NCBI GenBank assembly: GCA_965371515.1
Contig: CBDUYR010000011.1
Span: 1 to 64,000 of the forward strand
DNA length: 64,000 nucleotides
Direction: 5' to 3'
Source: an uncultured bacterium
Lineage (GTDB): Bacteria > Krumholzibacteriota > Krumholzibacteriia > Krumholzibacteriales > Krumholzibacteriaceae
The first letter of the stretch is position 1; each line of letters begins with the position of its first letter. Position numbers and translations under genes: made by a program. The notes below the pieces were generated by a model that worked only from the letters and a program-made list of their open reading frames with translations, ran no database searches and was not told the DNA's origin. Positions 38,454 to 48,345 of this stretch are shown piece by piece.

Positions 38454-40493
38454 ATGAAACGCGCAATAGTCACCGTGATGCTCGCCGTGACCCTTCTCAC
38501 AGGCGCCGCGTCCTTGCGGGGAGAAAAACACGCGATCACGTTCGACGACCTGATCGCCCTCGGGCGCATCGGCAGTTTCGAGATCTCGCCCGACGGCAGT
38601 AACGTCGCCTTCACCGTCACGTGGTTCGACAAGGAAGAGAACTCCTCGAACACCGACATATACATCGTACCTGTCAAGGGTGGAGATCCGTACCGCTTCG
38701 TGCGCAGCGACGGGGCCGACTATGACCCGTGCTGGTCGCCCGACGGCAGAAAGCTCGCCTTCGTCTCGACCCGAGGCGGAAGCCCGCAGATCTGGGTGAT
38801 ACCGGTCGACGGCGGAGAGGCGAAGAAGATCACAGACATCCCGACAGGTGTTTCAGCGCCACTCTGGTCACCCGACGGAAAAAGGTTCGCCTTCACGTCG
38901 AGCGTCTATCCCGACTGCGAGGACATGGACTGCAACGAAAAAAAATTGGACGAGCACAATGACGGGAAGGTGAAGGCACGCCTTATCGACCACCTGATGT
39001 TCAGGCACTGGAATTACTGGAGGGAGGGACGCTGGGATCACCTCTTCCTCATCGGCATGGACGGAGGAGAACCCGTCGAGATCAACAAGGGCAGAACGGA
39101 CGTGCCGCCGATCTCGCTCGGCGGCTCAAGGGACTACGACTTCTCCCCCGACGGGAAGGAGATATGCTATACCCTCAATCCCGATCCGATGGTCGCCGCC
39201 TCCACGAACAACGACATCTGGATCGTGCCTGTTGCGGGCGGAGAGCCGAAGAACCTCACCGTCGGCAACCCGGCAAACGACAACAGCCCCCGCTACTCCC
39301 CCGACGGCAGATACATCGTCTGGCGCTCTATGACGAGGGCGGGATTCGAGGCTGACAGGCACAGGCTGACGCTCTACGACCGCAGGTCGGGCAAGGTCAC
39401 GACCCTCACCGAAGAACTCGACTACAGCATGGGTAACTTTGACTGGGCGCCGAACAGCCGCGACATATACTTCTGCGTCCAGGACAGGGGACGCTACTCG
39501 ATAGGCAGGGTGTCGGTCAAGGGAGGCGACGCGAAGTTTGTCGTCACGGGTGGATACGACAACAACGTCCGCGTCTCACCGGACGGCAAAAGTCTCGTAT
39601 TCCCGCGCCAGCGGGTCAATGCGCCGACGGACCTCTACAGATCGTCCACTTCGGGTAAAAATATAGCAAGACTGACCGATATCAATTCGGAAATCCTCGA
39701 GAACCTCGAGATGAACCCGCTCGAGGAGTTCTGGTTCGAGGGCGCCGAAGGCAGGCAGGTCCATGGCATGATCGTCAAACCTCCCTTCTTTGAGGAGAGC
39801 AGGAAGTATCCCGTAGTACTACTCATACACGGCGGACCGCAGGGAGCCTTCGGGGACAATTTCCATTACCGATGGAACGTCCAGATGTTCGCCTCTCCAG
39901 GATACGTAGTCGCTACGATCAACTTTACAGGGAGCACAGGCTACGGACAGGCATTCACCGACGCGATCAGCGGCGACTGGGGCGGAGCGCCTTATGAGGA
40001 CATCATGAAGGGCGTCGACTACCTCGAGGCGAACTTCGACTTCATCGACGCGGAAAGGATAGGCGCGGCGGGCGCTTCGTACGGCGGATACATGGTCGAC
40101 TGGATCGAGGGCCATACCGATCGGTTCGAGTGCCTCGTCTCGCATGCCGGAGTCTACAACCTCGAGAGCATGTACGGTGCGACCGAGGAGCTGTGGTTCC
40201 CAGAGTGGGAGTTCAAGGGCACACCCTGGACCAACCTCGAGATGTACGGGAAGTTTTCGCCGCACAGGTACGCGGCCGATTTCAGTACGCCCTGCCTTGT
40301 CGTACACGGAGAACACGACTACAGGGTACCGTACAACCAGGGACTCGAATTCTTCACGGCGCTGCAGCGGCAGGGAGTAGAGTCGAAGCTCCTCTTCTTC
40401 CCCGACGAGGACCACTTCGTGCGCAAGCCGCTCAACGCCGAGTTGTGGTGGGGCACGATCCACGAATGGTTCGAGGGATACCTTATGAAATAG
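38454..40493 (+). CDS. Exported S9 family peptidase (dipeptidyl/acylaminoacyl peptidase)
   Basis: Signal peptide; WSPDG propeller repeats; IHGGPQ, GASYGG, HGEHDYRV and DEDH. Confidence 0.95.
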   Translation: MKRAIVTVMLAVTLLTGAASLRGEKHAITFDDLIALGRIGSFEISPDGSNVAFTVTWFDKEENSSNTDIYIVPVKGGDPYRFVRSDGADYDPCWSPDGRKLAFVSTRGGSPQIWVIPVDGGEAKKITDIPTGVSAPLWSPDGKRFAFTSSVYPDCEDMDCNEKKLDEHNDGKVKARLIDHLMFRHWNYWREGRWDHLFLIGMDGGEPVEINKGRTDVPPISLGGSRDYDFSPDGKEICYTLNPDPMVAASTNNDIWIVPVAGGEPKNLTVGNPANDNSPRYSPDGRYIVWRSMTRAGFEADRHRLTLYDRRSGKVTTLTEELDYSMGNFDWAPNSRDIYFCVQDRGRYSIGRVSVKGGDAKFVVTGGYDNNVRVSPDGKSLVFPRQRVNAPTDLYRSSTSGKNIARLTDINSEILENLEMNPLEEFWFEGAEGRQVHGMIVKPPFFEESRKYPVVLLIHGGPQGAFGDNFHYRWNVQMFASPGYVVATINFTGSTGYGQAFTDAISGDWGGAPYEDIMKGVDYLEANFDFIDAERIGAAGASYGGYMVDWIEGHTDRFECLVSHAGVYNLESMYGATEELWFPEWEFKGTPWTNLEMYGKFSPHRYAADFSTPCLVVHGEHDYRVPYNQGLEFFTALQRQGVESKLLFFPDEDHFVRKPLNAELWWGTIHEWFEGYLMK

Positions 40494-40667
40494 GCGTCGA
40501 GAAGGATCATCAGATAATAAAAACCGGAAAAGAGATCCGTCGAAAGGGTCACGCGGGCCACCTCCTCAGAACCTTTTCCGGTTAAATCTTTTCTTCGGGC
40601 AATGCAATAAATACGGTACCTGTGGTATTATATCACAAGGTCCATATTTTTCAAAACGATTTCAGGA

Positions 40668-41552
40668 TCATACGACAACAGAACCTTCACCGACCGACAC
40701 TACCTGCCCGGATACTTTCACGCTCTGGACGAGGCCGCGGTCGCAGCGCACGTGCGTGTGCAGCAGGGACTTCCTTCCGATCTCCTTCCCCTGCTCGATG
40801 TTGAGCTTCAGTTCGGTGGGGAACTTCAGTATCCTTGCGAGGTAACCGCCGAGCGCACCGGCAGCCGAGCCGGTGGCCGGGTCCTCGATCACTCCCACGG
40901 CCGGGGCGAAGAACCTCGCATGCACGTTGATCTTCCTGCTCTCGACCCTGGCAAAGAGGTAGATTCCGATCACCTTGTGCCTCGCCGTGACGTTGTAGGC
41001 CTCCTCCATGTTCAGCTTTGCGCTGCTGACGATCTCTGAATCCCTCGCCTCTACGATGAGAAAATCGAGACCGTTGGAGACGACGCCCCCTCCCATAACC
41101 TCGAACGGCCGGATACCGACCGCCCTGGCTGCCTGCCCCCTGTTCTGCAGCGCTGTACCGAACTCGGGCAGGGGCTGGTTCATTGTGAAGGTGTAGCCCT
41201 TCTTCTGCGTACCGGACACCTCGACCTCGATGAGCCCGGCATTGAGCTCGAGCAGGAAATCTGACGGTTTCTTGCCCTTGCTGCGCTTGTGAAGAACGTA
41301 GGCGGTTCCCAGTGTGGGATGTCCGGCGAACGGAACTTCCTCACTGGGCGTGAAAATCCGTACCTTCGCGTCCGCTCCCGAAGCCTTCGTCGGAAATATG
41401 AATGTCGTCTCCGAGAAATTCATCTCACGGGCTATCATCTGCATCTGCGGCTTGGTCAGTTTACCCGGTGTGTGAAAGACGGCAAGCTGGTTCCCGGTGT
41501 ACGACTTGTCCGTAAAAACGTCGACATGCTCGTAAGAGAGTTTTCGACTCAT
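40668..41552 (-). CDS. PhzF family epimerase/isomerase (second paralog)
   Basis: VDVFT, GNQLAV, EMNFSET, EEVPFAGHPT and EDPATGSAA. Confidence 0.92.
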   Translation of the reverse strand: MSRKLSYEHVDVFTDKSYTGNQLAVFHTPGKLTKPQMQMIAREMNFSETTFIFPTKASGADAKVRIFTPSEEVPFAGHPTLGTAYVLHKRSKGKKPSDFLLELNAGLIEVEVSGTQKKGYTFTMNQPLPEFGTALQNRGQAARAVGIRPFEVMGGGVVSNGLDFLIVEARDSEIVSSAKLNMEEAYNVTARHKVIGIYLFARVESRKINVHARFFAPAVGVIEDPATGSAAGALGGYLARILKFPTELKLNIEQGKEIGRKSLLHTHVRCDRGLVQSVKVSGQVVSVGEGSVVV

Positions 41553-41804
41553 GTTAAGGCCCCTCGAATACGGTTATAAAGCCACTTCAGCCGCTTCGAA
41601 GCGATGTTAACAGAAAAATCGCGAACCCTGAAAGAAAAAAGTCTTAAATTCATGCTAACCCGTTATATTACACGGTATTGTGTGCCAAAAGCTCGCTACT
41701 CGGAGGCCATTTTCCTCTTTCTTCGATTGTATATGGTGGCCGGAATCGCATATATTTCACCATAATCCGAATAAGAATCTCTCGAACTATGGAGGTGACC
41801 CCGA

Positions 41805-42407
41805 ATGATGAGACTTCTACCCGCCCTTCTGACGATGGCAGTGATCCTGGCCGCAGCGATCCCGGCTTCCTCCGAAGAGAAGGCCAGTGAGTCTTACCCC
41901 CACGTCTATGTCAAGACGAACGTGGGCGGATTCACGATCGAGCTCTACCCCGACAAGGCCCCCGTTACGGTGGCGAACTTTCTCAACTACGTCGAGAAGG
42001 GGTATTACAGCGATACGATATTCCACAGGGTGATCAAGGGCTTCATGATCCAGGGCGGCGGATTCACGGTCGACATGAGCCAGAAGGATACCGCTCCCTC
42101 GATCAAGAACGAGGCGGATAACGGGCTGAAGAACAAGAAGTACACGCTTGCCATGGCAAGGACTGACGTCGTGGACAGCGCGACGAGCCAGTTCTTCGTC
42201 AACGTCAAAGACAACTCGAACCTCGACCACAAGAGCAAGGCCCGGTTGGAGTACGGCTATTGCGTGTTCGCCAAGGTCATCGAGGGCACCGATGTCATCG
42301 ACAAGATCGAGATGGTCAAGACGGGGGATAAGGGCGGCTACGGCGACGTGCCGGTAAAGCCGGTGATCATCAAGGCGATGACGCTGATGACGGATGAGGA
42401 TGAATAG
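41805..42407 (+). CDS. Exported cyclophilin-type peptidyl-prolyl isomerase
   Basis: Signal peptide; APVTVANF, FHRVIKGFMIQGGG, AMART and SATSQFFVN. Confidence 0.95.
   Translation: MMRLLPALLTMAVILAAAIPASSEEKASESYPHVYVKTNVGGFTIELYPDKAPVTVANFLNYVEKGYYSDTIFHRVIKGFMIQGGGFTVDMSQKDTAPSIKNEADNGLKNKKYTLAMARTDVVDSATSQFFVNVKDNSNLDHKSKARLEYGYCVFAKVIEGTDVIDKIEMVKTGDKGGYGDVPVKPVIIKAMTLMTDEDE
42174..42226 (+). repeat. 53-bp sequence identical (inverted) to 56936-56988
   Basis: GACAGCGCGACGAGCCAGTTCTTCGTCAACGTCAAAGACAACTCGAACCTCGA is shared exactly by the two cyclophilin genes. Confidence 0.9.
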
Positions 42408-42436
42408 AGATTCAGGCTGAGATAATTCAGATCACA

Positions 42437-42468
42437 GGGGCGGGTCCACCGGGAGCCGCCCTTTTTTT
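42437..42468 (+). terminator. Intrinsic terminator after cyclophilin
   Basis: GGGCGG...CCGCCC stem followed by T7. Confidence 0.8.
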
Positions 42469-42527
42469 AATCAGATCTGAACCCTGATACCTGTAATGGA
42501 TTGATGGGGAATATTTAGAAGCCTTAT

Positions 42528-43725
42528 TCACCTTCTCCCCACCCACCCGCGGCGAGTCAGACAATCTCGAATCCGTAAAAATAATTCGCGCAGGATCACC
42601 CCGGCCGCAAGTGCCAGACCGGCATGAGGAAAATAGCCGTAACGCATGAACATTCGTTTCTCAAGTATTACATGCGGTGCCGCCGCACAGAAGAAAATCA
42701 CGAGACCGAAAGCAATTATGCGTATTGTAGTGGATTGGTAACCTTTGAGCCGATTTTGCAAAAGGGTATAAGCCCCGACAGCAAAACCCATCCCGAGTAC
42801 AACCAGCCGAATTAACCAGTTCTGCGCCAGGGACGCTACCCCTGATACCATAATAACACTGTCCAGGGAATGAGTTAGCAGATAATTGAATGACAGCAGA
42901 TAACCAGCGAGATTCATACTCAGGTTGGCGAGAGAAAAGTTATAGATAAAACCGGTGGTCTGATTTTCGGTCATACCTTTGAACACCGTAACAAAGAGAA
43001 AGACCCACACTGCTGCTAACGCCGGGTGCCACCGGTAGTGTTTCCACGCAGTGGGTTTTTCAAAAAGAAGAGCAAAACCTGCCAATATGCCCGCGAGCAC
43101 AATCGAAGTTTCCTTGCTCAACAGGGCCAGGGCAAAAAAGAGAGCAGAGACAAGAAGCAGCCCGGACCGTTTCCTGACTCGTGCCGTTATGAAGATCTCC
43201 AGCGATAAAAGAGCAAAGAATGTCGCAAGCAAAGCCTGGAACTCACAGCTGTTACAGACTACTTCGACATGCGCATGTCTCGAAACCCATAACATGGGCG
43301 GGATTATCGCCCAGTAGCCGGGCAGAAACTTCCGGGAGATCTGAAAAAGAAGCAGGCCGTTGAGCAGATAGAGAACGATATTGATAGCATGGTGAACCTC
43401 GATTCGATTATTAAATAATTTTCGCCCGAGATAATAGTAAAGGTTGGTAGTCAGCGGCCGGTACAGTCCGCCCCACAGAGGTCTTTCGGTAAAACAGTCA
43501 CCAACCGAGTTGATAAGAGCCCGATTATGATTGATGAATTTCCCATCTTCCCATTGATACAAGCTGAAATTGTCAGCTGCCCTTGGGCCATGAACGACTG
43601 CAAAAGCCAGCACGATCAAAAGGAGCCCTATAGTAATTTCCAATAGTAATTTCCAACCGCGCCTGTCGTCCGGTACTCGGGGTGTTCGGTAACTGGAGAC
43701 TCTTGTTATGCTTGTTCGCCATCAT
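42528..43725 (-). pseudogene. Multi-TM GT-C/PMT-like membrane protein frameshifted by a 13-bp duplication
   Basis: LYRPL, HAINIVLY and LALLSKE motifs typical of GT-C-like proteins; lower GC. ATG 43725 joins the main frame only if one 13-bp copy is removed; an internal TTG restart at 43643 is possible. Confidence 0.65.
43631..43656. repeat. 13-bp perfect tandem duplication (TAGTAATTTCCAA x2)
   Basis: Read directly. Confidence 0.9.
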
Positions 43726-43884
43726 GAAAATCAAAAGTCCTTTCCCCGGTTATTGTACTGACTCTAAAGACAGCCTCATAGCGTTTCTTGCCATTGATAT
43801 GGTAGAGGACTGATTCCGAAGAGGGTTACGAATGGGGAACCAATTATTTGCCCGGGAAGTTTTAAATGCGTCCACTATGGCAAG

Positions 43885-45204
43885 CTAGTACGCCAGGGGG
43901 AGCCATACCGAGATACCGCCGGCATTCTCCTCATCGACAACCAAGAGGCCGCCGTGGAAGTCCAGTATATATTCCGATAGGGTCAGTCCAGAGTCGGCCG
44001 GTGGCCCTGCAATATCTCCATGCTCCGCGGCGAGGCTGTCGAGGATAGCCTCTATGGCGTCGTCGTCTCCTGGCCTGCCGCCGCCGCTCACGCGCAGCAC
44101 GAACCAGGAGCCGTCGTCCCCTTTCGGTCCGACGTCGCTCGTCGACCAGGCGATATCCACGGTGCCGCCCCTGTCGGTTGACTGCATGACATGATCTATG
44201 ACGCTTCGTACGACATAGACGAGCTTCCCGGAATCGGCGCGCAGCATTCTGCCGCCTGTCCGGTCCTCGACGGAGACGACAAGTTTCTTTCGCTCGAAAT
44301 CAGCGATCATCTCCCTCGTTACATCCTCGACCATATCGGCCATATCGACCTCTTCGAGATCGAGATCCGACCCGGCCGGCTCGATGCCGCTCAGTGATAT
44401 CAGTTCCCCGATCTTCGCGCCGAGACGGATAGCGGCGTCCCTCGCCATGTCGATCATCACCGAGCCGCCGTCCGGATCGGGGTCTATCGACCAGAGACCG
44501 CTTTTGAGGACCCCCAGGGAGGTTTCGAGATCGATGGCTGTCTTCTCGAGGACTGCCCTGCGGACGGCCCGGAACTCGATCGCACGGGCTCTCTCGCGAG
44601 CCTCGGCACCCTTGCCGGCCTCCAACGATATGAGCTGGCTCGCGACAGCGGCCGCAGCTATGCCGGTCATAAGGCCGACCGCGGCGTGCATGTCCTCTAT
44701 CCGGTATTCCTCCCCCGAGGCGAACACATAGAGCCCCATTACCTCGCCGCCGAACCTCAGCGCACATGCCGAACCGGTCCCCGCACGTACGAAGGCATCC
44801 TGCATACTCAGTTCGCTCTCCATCAATTTACCGGATGAACGGAAGAAGCTCTCAATGATCTTCGGCGACCCGCTTCGGCCGAGCCATTCCACGAATGCCG
44901 AGCCGGTGCCTATTGACTCGGGAAGCGTTCCCGGCTCCGCCCCGCAACCGCGCAGAAGTCTCATGTCGCCGGTCCCCGCCTCGTCGAGATAAACAGCGTG
45001 GCATCCGATCCCGAGACTTTCGGTAAGGACGTCGATCAGGAGCCTCATCGATTCGAGGTGATCGCGGGATCTCTCCAGCGCGCCGGCCAGGCGGGCCCCC
45101 GCGTCGAAAGCGCGTATCTTCCACTCGAGCTGCCGACTCGCCGGATCGACGGCGGAAGGCCGCTTCAGCTCTTTTTCACTCTTAGCCGGTTTCGGTTTGC
45201 CCAT
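43885..45204 (-). CDS. GAF-like domain plus degenerate histidine kinase (pseudokinase)
   Basis: HK-like layout (ADSGKL..V, LRVSGGG, GLTLSEYILDFHGG, VWLPL), but the H-box His, N-box Asn and DxGxG Asp are absent. Confidence 0.7.
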   Translation of the reverse strand: MGKPKPAKSEKELKRPSAVDPASRQLEWKIRAFDAGARLAGALERSRDHLESMRLLIDVLTESLGIGCHAVYLDEAGTGDMRLLRGCGAEPGTLPESIGTGSAFVEWLGRSGSPKIIESFFRSSGKLMESELSMQDAFVRAGTGSACALRFGGEVMGLYVFASGEEYRIEDMHAAVGLMTGIAAAAVASQLISLEAGKGAEARERARAIEFRAVRRAVLEKTAIDLETSLGVLKSGLWSIDPDPDGGSVMIDMARDAAIRLGAKIGELISLSGIEPAGSDLDLEEVDMADMVEDVTREMIADFERKKLVVSVEDRTGGRMLRADSGKLVYVVRSVIDHVMQSTDRGGTVDIAWSTSDVGPKGDDGSWFVLRVSGGGRPGDDDAIEAILDSLAAEHGDIAGPPADSGLTLSEYILDFHGGLLVVDEENAGGISVWLPLAY

Positions 45205-45399
45205 TCTATCCCTCTCGTGGGAAAAACTTGCACCACGGGCCGGATTTCTTGCGCTTTCAGGCGCAGAAAACCCTACCGGCTATATCGGGCAAGAAACGTT
45301 CACAATTCGGATAGAATGAAAAAGGGACGCACCCGACTGGCGCGCCCCGAAAGACAGCTCTGCGTTATGCGGACGCCGTCTGGCGCCCCTGAGGCATGA

Positions 45400-45903
45400 T
45401 CAGGCTTCCCTCTCCCTGATCTTCCTGATCATGCCGGAGATCCAGATGATATGCTCCCTCTCCTCAGCAATCAGACGGTCTATCTCGCTCTTTCCAAGAT
45501 CCTCCCTCGTCCTCCCCTTCATCTCGGTGAAGAAGAGGATCGTGTCCTTCTCGAAGGTCAGGGCGCCCCGGAGCGCCTCGATCGGGCCTGACGTCTTCGA
45601 GACGACTTCCTCCGCCTCTCGGACACTGTTGAACAGTCTCGATTTCACCAGCGCGTCGAGATAGAGATACTCCTGATCATCGGGATCGGAGACCAGTGGA
45701 GTCGTATCCTTCGCGGGAAGGTTCTCCCGCAGTTTTTTGAACGTATCGTAATGCTGCTTCTCGGCAATCATCAGATCCTCGAAGATCTTCTTTATCTCGG
45801 GATCCTCGGTCAACTCGACCGCCTTGCGGTAGTACGCCTGGCCGTTCATCTCGATATCCATCCCCATCTCGAAGACTTCATCGGCGTTAAAGGAAATTCC
45901 CAT
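45400..45903 (-). CDS. Ferritin-like/rubrerythrin-type di-iron protein
   Basis: E..G..YY, EKQH, FEKDTILFF and EEREH motifs; ATG 45903 after GGAGG. Confidence 0.88.
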   Translation of the reverse strand: MGISFNADEVFEMGMDIEMNGQAYYRKAVELTEDPEIKKIFEDLMIAEKQHYDTFKKLRENLPAKDTTPLVSDPDDQEYLYLDALVKSRLFNSVREAEEVVSKTSGPIEALRGALTFEKDTILFFTEMKGRTREDLGKSEIDRLIAEEREHIIWISGMIRKIREREA

Positions 45904-46008
45904 TAATGATCCTCCCGTAAACAATCGTACATTTCCGTGCCGGGACGAATGACGGGTCCGGCAGGAATGTATCTTAATCGGCCGTCCAGCCTCCATCAAT
46001 ACTTATTA

Positions 46009-46170
46009 CTACTCGGCAGCAGAGAACTCCTTCTTACCGGCTCCGCAGTCGGGGCATACCCAGTCGTCGGGAAGATCCTCGAAGGCTGTCCCGGGATCGA
46101 TACCGTTGTCCGGATCACCGGCTTCGGGATCGTAGATATAACCGCAGACGTCGCATACATACTTCTTCAT
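46009..46170 (-). CDS. Rubredoxin (53 aa)
   Basis: Not in the ORF track. Translates as [53 protein letters not shown], with SD AGGAG. Confidence 0.97.
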   Translation of the reverse strand: MKKYVCDVCGYIYDPEAGDPDNGIDPGTAFEDLPDDWVCPDCGAGKKEFSAAE

Positions 46171-46181
46171 GCTTGCTCCTT

Positions 46182-46667
46182 TCAATCCTCGAGAAATGCC
46201 GAAGAATCCATATCGAACCAGTAGAATCCCCCGGTAAGAGCGTTCTTCTCCGCTGTAAGCAGATCGTAATGTCCCTTTTCCTGTTCCGCAAGACTTTCGA
46301 ACATCTTTTTCAACTCGGGATCCTCGGCCTTCTCCGCCTCGGCGAGGTAGAAGTCGTTGGCCCTCGACTCGGCCTCGATGGCGATATCGAGCGCCTCGAT
46401 CGCGCCGGCCTGCCCGTTGATCGGTATGTCGCCGATCTCCGAGCTCTTTATCTCTTCCTCACTCTCGACGAATTCAGTCTCGAAGAGCCGCGAGTACCAT
46501 CCCTTCAGCGTGTCCCTGTGACCCTTCTCGTCCTCGGACAGCTGCGCGAACTTCCCGCTTCCCTCCTCGTTCTCTATCTTCCCGGCCATCCGCGCGTAGA
46601 AGTTAGTCGCTCCTATTTCGGCGTATATCGCCCTCGTGATGGCATCTTTCAGAGTATGGTGCGACAA
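46182..46667 (-). CDS. Ferritin-like/rubrerythrin-type di-iron protein
   Basis: [24 protein letters not shown] and EQEKGH duplicated ExxH motifs. Confidence 0.9.
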   Translation of the reverse strand: MSHHTLKDAITRAIYAEIGATNFYARMAGKIENEEGSGKFAQLSEDEKGHRDTLKGWYSRLFETEFVESEEEIKSSEIGDIPINGQAGAIEALDIAIEAESRANDFYLAEAEKAEDPELKKMFESLAEQEKGHYDLLTAEKNALTGGFYWFDMDSSAFLED

Positions 46668-46670
46668 GGC

Positions 46671-47666
46671 TCACTCTCCCTTCAGTTTTACTACGATAAT
46701 CGACACCTCGTCCTTCAGCGGCTTCCCCCCGAGGTGATCATTCAAGCCCGCCAGAACGCCCGCGATAATATCACCGGGCGTTCTCTCCCTGTTCTCCTCG
46801 AGGATCTCCGATATGCCTCCTCGCCCATAGATCTCTCCCGCTGCGTTCTCCGCTTCGACGATCCCGTCGGAGAAGATGCAGAAAATCTCCTCCGGGCCTA
46901 ATGGCATCGAATGCTCCCTGTAGTGGAAGGCGGGGTCTATACCCGCTATCAACTGTGTCTGCAGAAGCGACGAGGCCTTGCCCGAAGCATCGACGAGGAA
47001 CGGGGGCTCGTGCCCGGCGTTTGCATACGTAAGCGTCCCTTCCCCGCGATCGAAGAGAACGCAGAGAACGGTGAGGAAGACCCCTTCGTCCTCGTACTTC
47101 TCGGCGATCTTCTCGTTGAGCAGGGATACTATCTTTTTAGGGCTCAACATCTCGGTCTCCATCTTCGAGAGGGAGACCGACTCGATATACTCGCCGACCG
47201 CCTTTGCCGCCAGGGCGTTGATCTCGGTCGTCTTCATGCTGTGGCCCATGGCATCGTAGAGCAGCAGAAGGGTTCCCCTGGCGTTTCCCGCGTGATCCCT
47301 TATGACTCTGGAGAATATGCTGTCGCCGCCGACCAGCCTGCTCGGCATGGTCAGTGCGACAGCCTCGAGGCGTTCGCTCAGCTCGAGCGGGGTGAACGAG
47401 GGATCATCGGGTATGGTATAGGAGAGCTCCGGCTCCCCCTTCTCGCCCTGCTCGCCGTTCCAGCCCTTCTCGATGGCCTTGTACTCATTGAGAAGGAGCT
47501 GCCTGTGGACACGTTCTTCCTCAGCGAGTCTCGAGAGAAGGCCACTGGCGCCTGCCGGTATATTCTGATTTTCGCTGCCCTTGTAGTAGTAGTTGAATGC
47601 GTTGGTCTCGCGGATGATCGCTCCCGAGAGTATCTTCAGGATCTCTTCGCGTTCGTCGATGCTCAT
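46671..47666 (-). CDS. Half-ferritin domain fused to a SpoIIE/RsbU-type PP2C phosphatase
   Basis: N-terminal RETNAFNYY...LAEEERVH; PP2C motifs GGD, DAMGH, NAGHEPP, SDGIVEA and KDEVS. Confidence 0.88.
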   Translation of the reverse strand: MSIDEREEILKILSGAIIRETNAFNYYYKGSENQNIPAGASGLLSRLAEEERVHRQLLLNEYKAIEKGWNGEQGEKGEPELSYTIPDDPSFTPLELSERLEAVALTMPSRLVGGDSIFSRVIRDHAGNARGTLLLLYDAMGHSMKTTEINALAAKAVGEYIESVSLSKMETEMLSPKKIVSLLNEKIAEKYEDEGVFLTVLCVLFDRGEGTLTYANAGHEPPFLVDASGKASSLLQTQLIAGIDPAFHYREHSMPLGPEEIFCIFSDGIVEAENAAGEIYGRGGISEILEENRERTPGDIIAGVLAGLNDHLGGKPLKDEVSIIVVKLKGE

Positions 47667-47691
47667 TGCCGCGGCCGCCTTTCCCCTGCCG

Positions 47692-48333
47692 TCATTCCTT
47701 CGATCTCGCCCTCTTCATCTCGCCGGACCTGACCTCGTGATAATGCGCGTAGGTCATCGGATCACCGCCGGCGAGGATGCCGCCACCGGTCAGGTCGGCG
47801 ATGAATATCGTGTGAGTCCCAGCACTGACCGTCATCTCCGGGACGACCTCGCACTCGAAGTATCCTGCCGCTTCTGCCAGGACAGGGCAGCCGTTTTTCG
47901 CCGTGCGGACTTCGACCCCCTTGAATTTATCGAAATCCCTGCCCGACCTGTAGCCGAAACGACGGACGAACCTGTGATCGTCCCTGCCGAGGATCGAGGC
48001 GGCAAACACGCCGCTCTTCTCGATCAGTTCGTGCGTGTAGTTCTCCCGGTTGATCGCGATCGCCAGTCTCGGCGGAATAGACGTCACCTGGAAGAGCGTG
48101 TTGCCGATCTGCCCGTTGATCCTTTCGCCGTCTGTAGAGGATATCATGTAGAGTCCGTAGGTGACCTTCCAGCACGCGTCGATGACGCCATCGATCTCAT
48201 CTGCAGGTATCTTCAGCTCGTCGTCCGATGTATAGACCGACCGCGGCTCGCCGCACTCGGGACACGTTTCGGGTGGGAAAAGGCCTATCGTCTCGTGTCC
48301 GCATACCGAACACTTCCAGACCTGGGCTATCAA
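47692..48333 (-). CDS. Rubredoxin-like domain plus flavin reductase-like domain (Hrb-related)
   Basis: WKCSVCG...CPECG, then TYGLY, NYTHELI, FGYRSGRDFDKF, GTHTIFI and PMTYAHYH. Confidence 0.88.
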   Translation of the reverse strand: MIAQVWKCSVCGHETIGLFPPETCPECGEPRSVYTSDDELKIPADEIDGVIDACWKVTYGLYMISSTDGERINGQIGNTLFQVTSIPPRLAIAINRENYTHELIEKSGVFAASILGRDDHRFVRRFGYRSGRDFDKFKGVEVRTAKNGCPVLAEAAGYFECEVVPEMTVSAGTHTIFIADLTGGGILAGGDPMTYAHYHEVRSGEMKRARSKE

Positions 48334-48345
48334 GCAGGTTCTCCC

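Noticed and set aside
40522..40583. 11-bp inverted repeat AACCGGAAAAG/CTTTTCCGGTT as a MITE or riboswitch
   Set aside because: Single copy between convergent genes with no target duplication; most simply a terminator-region structure.
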